DNA of 32,000 nucleotides from an uncultured bacterium (GTDB lineage Bacteria; Auribacterota; JACPWU01). Position 1 is the stretch's first letter, and every line of letters starts with the position of its first letter. Below the pieces are notes generated by a model. That model did not search any database and was not told where the DNA came from. It saw only the letters and a program-made list of their open reading frames with translations. The stretch is from positions 12,089 through 44,088 of the forward strand of contig CAZXEQ010000003.1 of the NCBI GenBank assembly GCA_964640155.1. The letters are read 5' to 3'. Position numbers and translations under genes: made by a program. Below, one piece after another: positions 1 through 9,687 of this stretch.

Positions 1-1236
1 CCAGGACATGTACAAAAGCCCTTTTTCATTCGCACTCATCCAGTTCCACTCTACATTTTCATAAAGTTGATAAGCAAGGTGGCTGATATCAGAGTTTGGA
101 AAATATTGGGCAACAAAAAGAACTCCCGCCATCAGAAGTGCTGTATCAATGGATGAAACTTCACTATCCGCCCAGCGTTTTCCAGTTCTGGCATCTAAAA
201 AGTGATAGAAATAGCCATGTTCCTGATCTGCCTTTTGAAGTGTTTTTAATATGTCAGATACTTTTTTTTGCACTTCTACACGACTTAACCAACCACGTTT
301 TTCTGCTATACAATAGGCGATTAGGCCAAAGCCTGTTGCTGCAATGCTAGAGGGGCTACCTGGGGTGTTGCGATCTTTAATTAAACCCGTTTGGGAAGAG
401 TATTGCTCAATAAAGTACTGAAAGATTTTATTTTGAAGGAAATCCAGAAGCAAATCGTTATTTCCTTCTAATAAATGAAGTAATTGATTATACGTTTCAA
501 CTTTAGCTTTGCGTTGTATTTGGTCATATTGTTTTTGAGATCCAATGAGTGCGAAATGGTCAAAATAGAGAGAGCCCACCTTAGCGTCAGCGATCTGGCT
601 TTCAAAAACAATGGTTAATTCCTCAACAGGAGAGATATTATTAGAATTAGAAAAATTTTTTAAAGGGATTGAAATTTCTTGCCAGCTGTCTCTAACCCCG
701 ATGACATAATAAACTCTATTTCCGTGAGCTGTTTTTAACTCAATCTTAAAACGACGTGTAAAACCTGTTGTTGCGTCACCTCGAACACGAAAGTAAAGAA
801 ATTCAAAGGGTTTTAAGTCAATACCATTGAGTCTTGTCCAATAGCCATTATATGCAACCTGTTTGGATTCTACATCATAGGTGAGCCTTAATACTTTATT
901 TTTATCTTTTTCTGAATGAGAATCATAAACAATTGCTTCAACACATGTTTCTTGGGGATCTAAAGGATCTTTCTCCCAAGCTCCAGAATTCCCACCTAAG
1001 TGATTCAAAATTGAGTTTTCGTCAAAGTTATCAATAAGAAAGATTAATTTATCATCCTTAACATTTGTAGTAGGAGAAAGAGAAGTAGCTGCTTGAGGTA
1101 GCCTTGGAATTGAAGGCTTCTTGATAGGGGCTTGACTTGAATCAACCTGAACTTCCAAATCTGCTCTTATTTGTACGCTAATAGGATTCAATAAGTAACA
1201 GACTAAAAATATAACTGAAGCATAAATAGTTTTCAT
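1..1236 (-). CDS. Secreted glycoside-hydrolase-like protein, N-terminal 412 codons only (C-terminus runs off the window): signal peptide + CBM-like beta-sandwich + (alpha/alpha)6 glucoamylase-like / GH144-type beta-1,2-glucanase-like domain
   Basis: Absent from the ORF track because it has no stop in the window. Hand translation of the minus strand: ATG at 1236..1234, AAGGAG at 1252..1247, then open in frame to position 1 (checked codon by codon for 1-420). Signal peptide MKTIYASVIFLVCYLLNP. CBM-like block LIDNFDE..GGNSGAW..YNGYWTRL..FLYFRVRGD..FKIELK. Catalytic-type motifs SSIAATGFGLIAYCIAEKRGW and HGYFYHFLDARTGKRWADSEVSSIDTALLMAGVLF match my recollection of PF10091/GH144. Confidence 0.7.
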   Translation of the reverse strand, partial: MKTIYASVIFLVCYLLNPISVQIRADLEVQVDSSQAPIKKPSIPRLPQAATSLSPTTNVKDDKLIFLIDNFDENSILNHLGGNSGAWEKDPLDPQETCVEAIVYDSHSEKDKNKVLRLTYDVESKQVAYNGYWTRLNGIDLKPFEFLYFRVRGDATTGFTRRFKIELKTAHGNRVYYVIGVRDSWQEISIPLKNFSNSNNISPVEELTIVFESQIADAKVGSLYFDHFALIGSQKQYDQIQRKAKVETYNQLLHLLEGNNDLLLDFLQNKIFQYFIEQYSSQTGLIKDRNTPGSPSSIAATGFGLIAYCIAEKRGWLSRVEVQKKVSDILKTLQKADQEHGYFYHFLDARTGKRWADSEVSSIDTALLMAGVLFVAQYFPNSDISHLAYQLYENVEWNWMSANEKGLLYMSW

Positions 1237-1684
1237 GGGTGAAAAGCTCCTTTCTTAGGAAGCTTCCTCGTTCACCCAGTATCTTATTGCTAAAAATAAT
1301 CATAAAAGTGCATTTATGAACATTTTAATAAAAAATGGTTACTTGTTTAGGAAGGAATCATTTCTTATTTTGCCTACTTACCGAAGTCCCATGGATTTGC
1401 ATCTGTGGAATACCTCTGTAGCGGGATCATAAATTTTATTCTAGATCATCTTAAAGAGCAGCAAGATATAGAATATATTGTGCACAAAATTAAGATATTT
1501 GTCAATATTCTTTTAAAGTTAAAGGGTTAAAGGTAAAATAAAACAAATCTTTAAAAATACTTAAATAAAAAGTTTTATATCTCTATATTTCGTACATTTT
1601 TTAAATTATTTATTTTTTGAACAAGTTTGTTGTTTTTTTTTATTTTTATTTTAAATAAATATATTTCTTTAAAAGGAGATAAAA

Positions 1685-3640
1685 ATGAAAAAAGTAGTTA
1701 TTTTTTTTGTTTTAGGATTTTTTTGTAGTTTTTCAGGTATTTTTTCCTCTCAGGCTTCAGTTTTATCTCAAGAAGATCAAGTTTATCTAAAAAAAATCAT
1801 GCAAGAAACTTGGGCATGTATTTCTGATCTTGTAGATGAGAAAAGTGGTATCCCTTTTGATAGTAGTGCAAAGCCAAATTACACCTCTATGAGTAATATT
1901 GGATTTTATCTGGCAAGTATTTTTGGAGCACAAGAAGCAGGATTGATTAATCAGAAGGAAGCAGAGGTTCAAATTAAAAAAGTTTTAGATTTTTTAGATC
2001 GTCTTGAAAAATGGCGTGGTTTTCCCCCAAGTTGGTTGCAAGTTTATCAACCTATCAGTTTAGAAAAGATTATTTCTCCTGTGGATTCTGCAAATTTAGT
2101 AGCAGGCCTTCTCGTTATTCGACAAGGTTATCCTATTTTTAAGGATCAAATTACAAAACTAATCAATGCCATGGATTGGAAGGCTTTCTATGACAATAAG
2201 GCTAATTCTCTAAAAGGTGGATATAATCTTAGGAAAAAGAGAGAGCTCTCATTTCAATATAAAGATTTAGGAACTGAGCTTAGAATGGCATTTTTTCTGA
2301 CAATTGCGACAAAAGCAGCTCCTTTAAAATTATGGACTGAATTGGACAAAATTCTTGAAGAACGTTATGACATTCAATATTTAGGGCCTGGCTGGAAAAA
2401 TGGGGGACTTTTCCTTCAAGGAATGACAGGGTTATTTTTGGATGAAAGAGGAACCATGATGGGTAAATCTTTTGTGAATATGGCCTATGCTCAAATTTTA
2501 CATGCAAAGCAAAAAAAATATCCTTTTTGGGGTTGGTCCGCTTGTTCTACTCCAGATGGAGGTTATTTAGGTGCTGGGAAGGTTATGGATCAAGTCGTAA
2601 CTCCACATGCGTCAGTCTTGGCTATTTCCTATTACCCTCAACAAGTTGTTAAAAATCTCAAACAATTAGATCTCTATAAAATACGTAAGCCTTTTTATTC
2701 CAATCATGGACCTAAAAATTATGGATTTCGTGATGCCATTGATTTGAAATCAAAAAAAGTGACGGAACGTTATTTAATGATTGATCAGACCATGATTTTT
2801 TTGAGTTTAGTCAATTTTTTACACGAAGGAGTGATTTATAAGACATTTTCAAGAGATCCTATTGTGAAACAAGGTTTGGATCTTATTTCCGACTATAAAA
2901 ACTCTTTTTTGCGTGAAGTCGAAGAAATTTGTCAAAAGAGAGACAAAGGATTAGAAGAAAAAATTCCTTTGGAGTTAGATTTATCAAATCCTATCATTAA
3001 ACCTTTTGTAGAGTCTGTATATGTTGAAACAGTTGCAAAGCATGTAAAGCAGAAAGTAATGATCGATGGACATTTGTCCGAATGGTCTGAGGCAAAAGCA
3101 GAGACTTTTCCATTAAGTAGAACTTTAGAATCAGGACTTGTTCAAAACACTCAAGATTTAGATGCAAAAGCCTATTTCTTATGGGATGAAAAATATCTTT
3201 TTTTTGCCATTGAGGTTATGGATGATGAAATAATAAATGATGAAGAGGCGAAGAATCTTTTTAAAGGAGATTGTATTGAGCTTTTTATTGATCCAGATAA
3301 TGATGTTTTAAAATGGGGAAGTCTACAAGATTTTCAAATAGGTTTTTCGGCTCCTACAAAAAATCAAACTGCTAAGATTTGGGCATGGTTTCAATCACGA
3401 GCTCCTAAGTCAAACGAAATTCAATTTGGTGTAAGTTCGTTTGATGAAGCACGGAGAAAGGGTTATCGTGTTGAAGCTGCTATTGCTTGGAAGTTCTTGA
3501 AAGTTGAACCTAAGGCAGGCCGGATTTTAGGCATTTCTCCAGCGGTGCATGATATAGATTTAGATCAATCAGCCGAGACAAAACTAAATTGGTGCTATTT
3601 ATCTGAAGGGAAGTTAGGTGGATTGAAACTAGAACAGTAA
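1685..3640 (+). CDS. Secreted GH144/DUF3131-like six-hairpin glycosidase-like protein with C-terminal CBM9-like (DOMON-like) carbohydrate-binding domain
   Basis: 651-aa ORF with AGGAG at 1674-1678 and signal peptide MKKVVIFFVLGFFCSFSGIFSSQA. Motifs SMSNIGFYLASIFGAQEAGLI and YGFRDAID...YLMIDQTMIFLSLVNFLHEGVIYKTF..DPIVKQGLDLI follow the pattern I recall for beta-1,2-glucanase-type folds (YGFxDAFN...YLGIDQGPIvlMIEN). The C-terminal IDGHLSEWSEAKA...AYFLWDEKYLFFAIEVMDDEI...GDCIELFIDPD is CBM9-like. Confidence 0.65.
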   Translation: MKKVVIFFVLGFFCSFSGIFSSQASVLSQEDQVYLKKIMQETWACISDLVDEKSGIPFDSSAKPNYTSMSNIGFYLASIFGAQEAGLINQKEAEVQIKKVLDFLDRLEKWRGFPPSWLQVYQPISLEKIISPVDSANLVAGLLVIRQGYPIFKDQITKLINAMDWKAFYDNKANSLKGGYNLRKKRELSFQYKDLGTELRMAFFLTIATKAAPLKLWTELDKILEERYDIQYLGPGWKNGGLFLQGMTGLFLDERGTMMGKSFVNMAYAQILHAKQKKYPFWGWSACSTPDGGYLGAGKVMDQVVTPHASVLAISYYPQQVVKNLKQLDLYKIRKPFYSNHGPKNYGFRDAIDLKSKKVTERYLMIDQTMIFLSLVNFLHEGVIYKTFSRDPIVKQGLDLISDYKNSFLREVEEICQKRDKGLEEKIPLELDLSNPIIKPFVESVYVETVAKHVKQKVMIDGHLSEWSEAKAETFPLSRTLESGLVQNTQDLDAKAYFLWDEKYLFFAIEVMDDEIINDEEAKNLFKGDCIELFIDPDNDVLKWGSLQDFQIGFSAPTKNQTAKIWAWFQSRAPKSNEIQFGVSSFDEARRKGYRVEAAIAWKFLKVEPKAGRILGISPAVHDIDLDQSAETKLNWCYLSEGKLGGLKLEQ

Positions 3641-3668
3641 TAAGACATCAGTGGTAGGTCGTAAGTAA

Positions 3669-4020
3669 TCAATCGATATGGAGCAGTTTTTTATGAAACG
3701 CGCAAAGCATTTTACCAATCTCATCACATTGATTCATTAGAGATTCAAAGGCATTTTTTGACAAGTAATTTAAATCATAAGCAAGTAAAATATGATACTT
3801 TGTCTCTTCCAAGGATCCTTCTGAAATATTAATAAAATGTGCATAGTCTTTCTTGCTTCTTCCTTTAAACCCTTCGGCAATATTTGTTGGGATAGAAGCA
3901 GAGGATCTTCTTAATTGATTTATAAGCCCATATTTCTCATCTTCTGGAAAGAGCTTTGTGGTTTTGAACGAGTTGATGAGATTTTTGCCAGACTATTAAA
4001 TCTCTAAACGTTTTTATCAT
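3669..4020 (-). pseudogene. Four-helix-bundle protein gene (23S rRNA intervening-sequence protein / Avd-like family), disrupted by a frameshift after about codon 18
   Basis: Hand translation. ATG at 4020..4018 gives MIKTFRDLIVWQKSHQLVQNHKALSRR*. A second frame continues ...KTTKLFPEDEKYGLINQLRRSSASIPTNIAEGFKGRSKKDYAHFINISEGSLEETKYHILLAYDLNYLSKNAFESLMNQCDEIGKMLCAFHKKLLHID*, with its stop at 3671..3669. The span is 352 nt, which is not a multiple of 3. The second frame has no ATG/GTG/TTG start upstream of the conserved core. The motif RRSSxSIPxNIAEG is diagnostic of the family. Confidence 0.7.
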
Positions 4021-4059
4021 CGTCTTCTTACGACTTAACACTTATGACTTATAACTAGA

Positions 4060-7000
4060 TTAGATGTCTCCCGTCAAGCGGATGAAGAACTTATGAGCAT
4101 TGTCTTCTGCGCCTGTTCTAAGATCATCTGAGAAGTCTGTGAAGTTATATCCTGCTCCTAAACGAATATGATCGATCACTTGTCGATCCACTTCGACCAA
4201 AAATCCTGATTTGCGATCGCCTGTTTCAGTTTCTTTTAAGATTCGATATTCCCCGGCAAGATCCCATTTCTTCGTGATGTGGAAGTTGATACGGTTAATC
4301 CAAAGATGATTCTTAACTTCGATAAAATCACTGTCTAGGACGCTGACTTCACCAAATTTAAACGCATATTTTTCTACCAACTGGAACCAACGATTAATGT
4401 CGTAAGCTCCTTCAATAGAGGCAAGATGTGATCTTTCCAAAATATTCAGACCAAAATCAGACTGAGCTTCAGGATCATCATCACTTAAATAAGAATATTT
4501 ACCAATAAAATTAAGTCTGTCTGCATAGACGGGACGGTAGGCAAAGCCGGTACCAGCTTCATAGAAGCAAGCTGCATCAATATCTGATGAGCGATTTTCT
4601 GTGAGTCCATAATTAACTCTACCTAACCATTGTAAGTCTTCTGTTAGTTGCCACTTGATTAAGTTTTGAGTCAAATATTGACGCAAGGTGACATCCGAAA
4701 AGCCTTCGTCTTGGCGGAATTCAAACTTTGTGGAGGCGTTTAACCAATTCCATTTGGAGTAGGAGAGTGTACCTGAAACAGCGTCTCTACTTAAATCATC
4801 ATCACTATCAATACGTTCATATGTAGATCCAAAAGACCATCCTTTTTGGAGACGTGTTTCATAACCAAAGAGGCTAGATTCTAACTGGCCTTTTCTGTAG
4901 TTTGTATACTGTTTTTCGGTGGTGAAATTGCTTCTTTCATCAATGTCAGTTCGTGTTCCAAATGTGGTTCGAGAAGCTCTTCCTAATGAATGATCCGTGC
5001 CCATCATTTGATTGATATACATACGTGTTTTCTCACTGGTTTGCGCTTGAACACCTACCAAAGTTGAATTCCCACGTGTTCCAACCGTTTCTTGTCCTTG
5101 TAGCCAAATCTTTTCTGTGACTTTGACATCTGCTCCAACAGAGGTTTGATGATTATCTGGACCGGCAACAGTCACTTGTTGAGCAATAAAGGGGATAAAT
5201 CTTCCACTCCAATGATAACGAGCTTTTGCAGCAAGCGTGTCAGAAGACTCGTTAGTGAATTGGAAAAAGCCCGAAAGAGGATCATCAAAGGTTAAAGGAT
5301 CTTCAATTTCACGATGTTGATATTCGCCAGTCAATTCCCATTTTCCAATGTCATGGGTTAATTGGGCTGAAGTAGTGTGACTTCTGCTTCCATCAACCAA
5401 TGAAGAGGAAAGGGGATTGGGTCCACCAATGGTAGTAGGGGAATAAAGACCCACAGAACGTATAGGATCATTTAATAATTTTTGAGTGTCATGACGAACA
5501 TTTAAGAAAGTAGTGGCAGCTAGCTTCAGACTTGCTTCCACACCCATTTTTTGTGTGCCTTCTTCGAGGAGAGAAGAGGTGTTGGAAAATCCTGGAGCAA
5601 TATATGTGTAATAAGCTTTGGTTTTTAGGCGATCAGAAAAAGCTGTTTGTGCTTTTAAGCTGTAGGCCTGTTCATAATCCAGATTTGTGTTGAGATAATC
5701 TTGAGGGCTAATGGCTTTATATTCATCCAAAGTTACATTGATGCTTCGGGTGTTCCCCTGAATGGTTCTAAAATAGGTGGGATCCGAAGCGTTAAAAGAA
5801 ATACCCCCATCTTGTGAATAGCGTGTTCCAGATTGATCCCCTCGAGATTGAGCATATTCTGCAATGAATTTTGTCCATTTGCCAAGTTTCATCAAGATAT
5901 CTCCACCGAGCATCTTGTAATCAGGTCCTTGCCGATCTTCTTGAACAAATGTTCCACCGACACGCACATTGTCTAGGACTTGCTGATAGCCTCGAACAGC
6001 ACGTGTAGGATTCTCAAATGGGGAAGAGGATAAATGCTCATAATCCACAACAAGAGAAGATGTATTTCCAGGTAAAATATTAGACGAAACAATACTATTA
6101 GAACCTGTTACAGAGGAGAGGGGTTTAGTAAGAATAATTCTTCCACTTCTGTAGTCCATTTCATAGTCAAGTCCTTCCGTCAAATCGATACGTGATGAAA
6201 CACGCCCTGTTACTCGGTCCCGTGTAACGACTTGCACTTTTTCACTTCCTTCTACGACTTGGTTGTATTTTAGATAATAAAGAGAACCACCAGTTCCTAA
6301 GAATTCGTCATGACCTGCATTAGTTCCATCTTCAGCATAAAAACCTGTAATTCCTCCATAAGGATCACCGTAGGTATTGGTTTTTTCTCTTTGGGCATGA
6401 AGTTTTGCTCCGGATAAAGTTCTATTGTAAGTTGCAAGATCAAGATCAGTTAATCCGGTTTCAAAGCTACCCCATTGAAAATAGGATTTATCCATTTCAA
6501 GGAGCAAGAAAAGATTATTTCGTGTGTCCGTGGCTCTATAATCAATCACCGAACCATCCCCATAAACAGGATAATAACGATCAGGATCCAAATTAGTAAA
6601 AAATTTGGTGTTATTCGAGCGGGATGTATCCAAAGAAGACGTGATTAAATAACGTCCCTTCACTTTTGCCTTCAAATAATAGGCAATACGCCCATTTTCA
6701 TAAAAACCATCATCAAATTCATCTTCATCTGAAACAGATTCAAGATGAGACGTAACATCTTTTCCGCCTAATTCACCTTCTGCCATACCCACCATGAAGA
6801 AATAATTATCTTGAACATCTAGCTCTCGAACATAAGTAATCGTTTTTCCCTTGGCATCAGTGTTGCTAATTTTTACAACCTGAACTCCTGGGGGAAGAAG
6901 GACTTCTTTTTCAAAAGTTCCATCTTCATGAACATAGGTGTCTTGGCCATTAATTTTAATCGTAGTCCCTGCTTCTGCATGACCTCGAACCATCACGCTG

Positions 7001-9567
7001 TTTTTATTTGTTACAGGGATAGATTGATGGGGACGTTCGTTATCGTCTAATTGCACAAAAGAAGAACGTTCCACAACTGAAGCGATTTTCTTTTTATGAG
7101 TTGGGCGAAGAGTTTTAGTTACAGTCCAATCTTCATGCGTACCATCTGTTACAAAAAGTTGATAATAATACTCTTTCCCAGCTTCAATGGATGTTCCTTC
7201 ATCCGTTTTTCCATCCCATGAGGTGCGAGAGGGGACAGTAGGCCCCCCTTCTAAGGTTTTAATGGTTTTACCTTTATGATCACGAATTTCAATTTTCCAT
7301 CCGGTAACCGTATCCAAGTAGTTTCCATCCATATAGAAATACAAGGGTTCAAGCCATTTGTCTGAAAGGATTTGAGGTTCATTATTGCTGGCTTGCACAT
7401 CGAGTTTAGGTGTGAATTTGTCATATTGCTGCGTGACATGAACTTCAATTTTGTCTTTATAGGCTTCTGGAATTGAAGTATCTGCAGGAACGCTCACAGC
7501 AAAATTGGCTTTGGATAAAATACCTTCAGTTGTTCTGACTAAAAAGGATTCTTCAGTCACAAAAGTTGATCCTGGTGGGAGGCTATGACGATCCACTTTG
7601 ATTAAATGACGGCCTGGTTTGACGCCGGGGACATGATAGCGACCATAACGATCAGTATAAACAACGGTTCCTTCTTCCGTCGCTAAACGCACATCAGGAA
7701 TTCCAAGTTCACCTTTATCTTGTTTCCCATTTTTATTTTGATCATTAAATACTTTACCAATAATAGTGCCCAAATCAAAAGTGGGATCACCCAGCACAAT
7801 GGTTTGTGTTGTGGACGTATTAGACAATTGAATGTTTAAATTTGAACTACGTGCAACAGCAGGGGAAATATATCTTCTTCCAAGCTCACTTCGTGTTCCT
7901 GTTTGAGTAACATAGCTAATGGTGACTTCTTCTGAGCCTTGAATGGTTCCTAAATTAAAAGTAAGAGGAGAGTTTCTGGTTGGATCTGTGATTCTCTCAC
8001 CGTTTCTTTGAGCTGTTCCATTACGATATTCAAAAGCTTCAGGAAGTTCATCGATTAAAAGTACATTATTGATGGCAAAGGTTGAATTATTTTTAAGATG
8101 TAGTTTATAGACTAGTAAATCTCCTCGTGAAGCCTGCTTTTTATTTACATCCTTTCTCAAGACAAGGGGATAGCCAGGATCCATAGGAAGAGAGATTTTG
8201 GTATCAACCACAGCGCTAAAAAGCTCTCCATGATCACCCCCAACGACAGCATCATTGATTCGAGAAGGGAAGGTATAGCCTTCAGCAATGGCTCTTAAAG
8301 AACGAGAGGATCCATTTGGAACAATGAATTGAAAGGGGTTATCGGAATCTGTTGCAATCACACGCCCTGAAGCATCTAATAATTCAACGCGTGTTCCTGG
8401 AATCAATTGACCATTGGTTGAACTGAAAACATCTCCTGTGATTTTTACAGGACCATTATCAAAAGTGGCACAAGCACGATCAAAAACAATATCCCCACCC
8501 CCTCCAGCGCCGGCATCTCCTAAAATGACAAGTACCGCAAAAGCTGTACCCGCAGGCGCTTTTCCAGAAACAGAAAATTGTTTGTATTCACCAAAGGCAT
8601 TTGCGCTTGTAATTTCATCGGAAAGAACTTCTTCGAGCAAATGATCATTAGCATCTTTAAATTCGATTTTAAGTTGGCCAAAAGCTCCTCCAGCCATATT
8701 GTCTGTTCGCGCATAAATGCTGAAATCTATTTCAGCATCAGGAAGAACACCCCCAATGATTTGAAAAATTCCTGTAAACATGCCTCCAAAAATACCCATT
8801 TGAATGGCTCGGCTTCCATCCAGAGCTGAATGAGCCAATGTGGCGTTATCCCGTTGAGTCACTAGAGCAGATCCCAAAGGAAAACGTGTCCAACCTGGAA
8901 GAATTTCTTCTCCACTGGCTCCTGTTCTTTCAAAGCTAGAGTTGCTTGGAAAGTTGCAACTGGAAGCCGAAACACCGCTGGATATAATTGCAGAAACATC
9001 ATCAACGAAATATTCTGAAGATGAAGCTCCATTCATAGAATGAACAATGGTAAAGCGAATACTTGTGGTTCCAGTAGGAACTGTTCCTGAGATGGTGCTT
9101 GCAGAATAAGTGGATGACGTAGCAATGTTAGTGGAGCTTTCGACGGGTGCACTTGCGCTTCCTATAAATTCTATTTTGAGATGAAGGAAAGACAAAGTGT
9201 CTACACCTGTTTTTTTTGCATATGCTTGAAAGACGACAGTATCTCCAACGGAAAAGCCACTTGTTACATCTTGAAAAGCTCCAGAAAATAAAACTCCAGG
9301 ACCTCCGAAGGAAGCTAGTTTTAAATAACCAGATCCAGTTCTGGCACTTCCATTTCCAAATGCAACATTCCACCATTCCGCAGCAGCTGTTGTAACCCCT
9401 GCTGTTCCGAATTCTGTCCAGCTATCTGCGTTAAAAGTAGGCATTCCTGATTCAAAGCCCTTGTTGTCCAGAACTTCAGCAGCCTGGGCGGGAGTACTAA
9501 AAAAAATAAGTCCAAGTAAAAAGAGGGAGAGTTTCAGAGAATGTGTGTATGAAAGAGTCTTCTTCAA
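4060..9567 (-). CDS. Giant (1835 aa) surface / outer-membrane protein. Approximate residues: signal peptide 1-29; two CBM4_9-like modules 30-370; CarboxypepD_reg-like Ig 374-435; DUF11 470-590; SdrD B-like 598-690; FlgD-Ig-like 745-815; Ig-like 855-915; C-terminal beta-barrel-like region 920-1835
   Basis: Long uninterrupted ORF with a TTG start at 9567..9565 and GAGG 5 nt upstream. Signal peptide LFLLGLIFFSTPAQA/AE. CBM-type openings LDNKGFESG..W and NSSFERTG..GW. DUF11-like LVYKLHLKNNSTFAINNVLLIDELPEAFEY. SdrD-B-like GKVFNDQNKNGKQDKGELGIPDVRLATEEGTVVYTDRYGRYHVPGVKPG. The C-terminal 900 aa is rich in alternating hydrophobic/aromatic strands (YSLKAQTAF, KAYYTYI, GAGYNFTDF). Confidence 0.85.
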   Translation of the reverse strand: MKKTLSYTHSLKLSLFLLGLIFFSTPAQAAEVLDNKGFESGMPTFNADSWTEFGTAGVTTAAAEWWNVAFGNGSARTGSGYLKLASFGGPGVLFSGAFQDVTSGFSVGDTVVFQAYAKKTGVDTLSFLHLKIEFIGSASAPVESSTNIATSSTYSASTISGTVPTGTTSIRFTIVHSMNGASSSEYFVDDVSAIISSGVSASSCNFPSNSSFERTGASGEEILPGWTRFPLGSALVTQRDNATLAHSALDGSRAIQMGIFGGMFTGIFQIIGGVLPDAEIDFSIYARTDNMAGGAFGQLKIEFKDANDHLLEEVLSDEITSANAFGEYKQFSVSGKAPAGTAFAVLVILGDAGAGGGGDIVFDRACATFDNGPVKITGDVFSSTNGQLIPGTRVELLDASGRVIATDSDNPFQFIVPNGSSRSLRAIAEGYTFPSRINDAVVGGDHGELFSAVVDTKISLPMDPGYPLVLRKDVNKKQASRGDLLVYKLHLKNNSTFAINNVLLIDELPEAFEYRNGTAQRNGERITDPTRNSPLTFNLGTIQGSEEVTISYVTQTGTRSELGRRYISPAVARSSNLNIQLSNTSTTQTIVLGDPTFDLGTIIGKVFNDQNKNGKQDKGELGIPDVRLATEEGTVVYTDRYGRYHVPGVKPGRHLIKVDRHSLPPGSTFVTEESFLVRTTEGILSKANFAVSVPADTSIPEAYKDKIEVHVTQQYDKFTPKLDVQASNNEPQILSDKWLEPLYFYMDGNYLDTVTGWKIEIRDHKGKTIKTLEGGPTVPSRTSWDGKTDEGTSIEAGKEYYYQLFVTDGTHEDWTVTKTLRPTHKKKIASVVERSSFVQLDDNERPHQSIPVTNKNSVMVRGHAEAGTTIKINGQDTYVHEDGTFEKEVLLPPGVQVVKISNTDAKGKTITYVRELDVQDNYFFMVGMAEGELGGKDVTSHLESVSDEDEFDDGFYENGRIAYYLKAKVKGRYLITSSLDTSRSNNTKFFTNLDPDRYYPVYGDGSVIDYRATDTRNNLFLLLEMDKSYFQWGSFETGLTDLDLATYNRTLSGAKLHAQREKTNTYGDPYGGITGFYAEDGTNAGHDEFLGTGGSLYYLKYNQVVEGSEKVQVVTRDRVTGRVSSRIDLTEGLDYEMDYRSGRIILTKPLSSVTGSNSIVSSNILPGNTSSLVVDYEHLSSSPFENPTRAVRGYQQVLDNVRVGGTFVQEDRQGPDYKMLGGDILMKLGKWTKFIAEYAQSRGDQSGTRYSQDGGISFNASDPTYFRTIQGNTRSINVTLDEYKAISPQDYLNTNLDYEQAYSLKAQTAFSDRLKTKAYYTYIAPGFSNTSSLLEEGTQKMGVEASLKLAATTFLNVRHDTQKLLNDPIRSVGLYSPTTIGGPNPLSSSLVDGSRSHTTSAQLTHDIGKWELTGEYQHREIEDPLTFDDPLSGFFQFTNESSDTLAAKARYHWSGRFIPFIAQQVTVAGPDNHQTSVGADVKVTEKIWLQGQETVGTRGNSTLVGVQAQTSEKTRMYINQMMGTDHSLGRASRTTFGTRTDIDERSNFTTEKQYTNYRKGQLESSLFGYETRLQKGWSFGSTYERIDSDDDLSRDAVSGTLSYSKWNWLNASTKFEFRQDEGFSDVTLRQYLTQNLIKWQLTEDLQWLGRVNYGLTENRSSDIDAACFYEAGTGFAYRPVYADRLNFIGKYSYLSDDDPEAQSDFGLNILERSHLASIEGAYDINRWFQLVEKYAFKFGEVSVLDSDFIEVKNHLWINRINFHITKKWDLAGEYRILKETETGDRKSGFLVEVDRQVIDHIRLGAGYNFTDFSDDLRTGAEDNAHKFFIRLTGDI

Positions 9568-9687
9568 AATTGCCTCGCTATGGTTTACATTTAAGAAAGA
9601 TTTTTTCCCCTCTTAGATTATCCCTAAGGGACTAGAAGATCTTGCGAGGGAATGGGGAATTACCTGATAATACATTAACCCCTATCG

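Noticed and set aside
96-350. 84-aa plus-strand ORF from the track
   Set aside because: It lies entirely antisense to the well-supported minus-strand GH144-like CDS (1-1236). It has a TTG start, no RBS and a low-complexity hydrophobic translation.
1633-1641. T9 homopolymer about 45 nt upstream of the 1685 gene as a phase-variation switch
   Set aside because: Homopolymeric A/T runs are frequent throughout this AT-rich sequence, including inside genes. There is no evidence for a promoter-spacer location.
1237-1684. tRNA, small RNA or a small ORF (38-aa MNILIKNGYLF...) in the divergent intergenic region
   Set aside because: There is no T-loop or anticodon-arm signature and no RBS for the ORF. 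The region reads as ordinary AT-rich promoter DNA.
3669-4020. The four-helix-bundle (Avd-like) gene as part of a diversity-generating retroelement
   Set aside because: No reverse transcriptase and no template/variable repeat pair is present anywhere in the window. The gene itself is frameshifted.
6405-9515. Several 60-85-aa ORFs on both strands inside the giant gene (6405-6596, 7251-7448, 8414-8644, 8520-8714, 8578-8829, 9128-9376, 9321-9515)
   Set aside because: All are embedded in or antisense to the 5.5-kb ORF and none has a recognisable motif. The same reasoning applies to the other short nested ORFs in the track (1787-1972, 2280-2507, 9642-9842, 9986-10189, 10439-10621, 11160-11486, 13237-13476, 13440-13661, 13607-13864, 14335-14601, 15370-15681, 17027-17221, 18376-18597, 21180-21386, 22086-22316, 22372-22891, 24107-24310, 24734-25003, 25752-25940, 26397-26757, 27235-27486, 28952-29164, 31525-31734).
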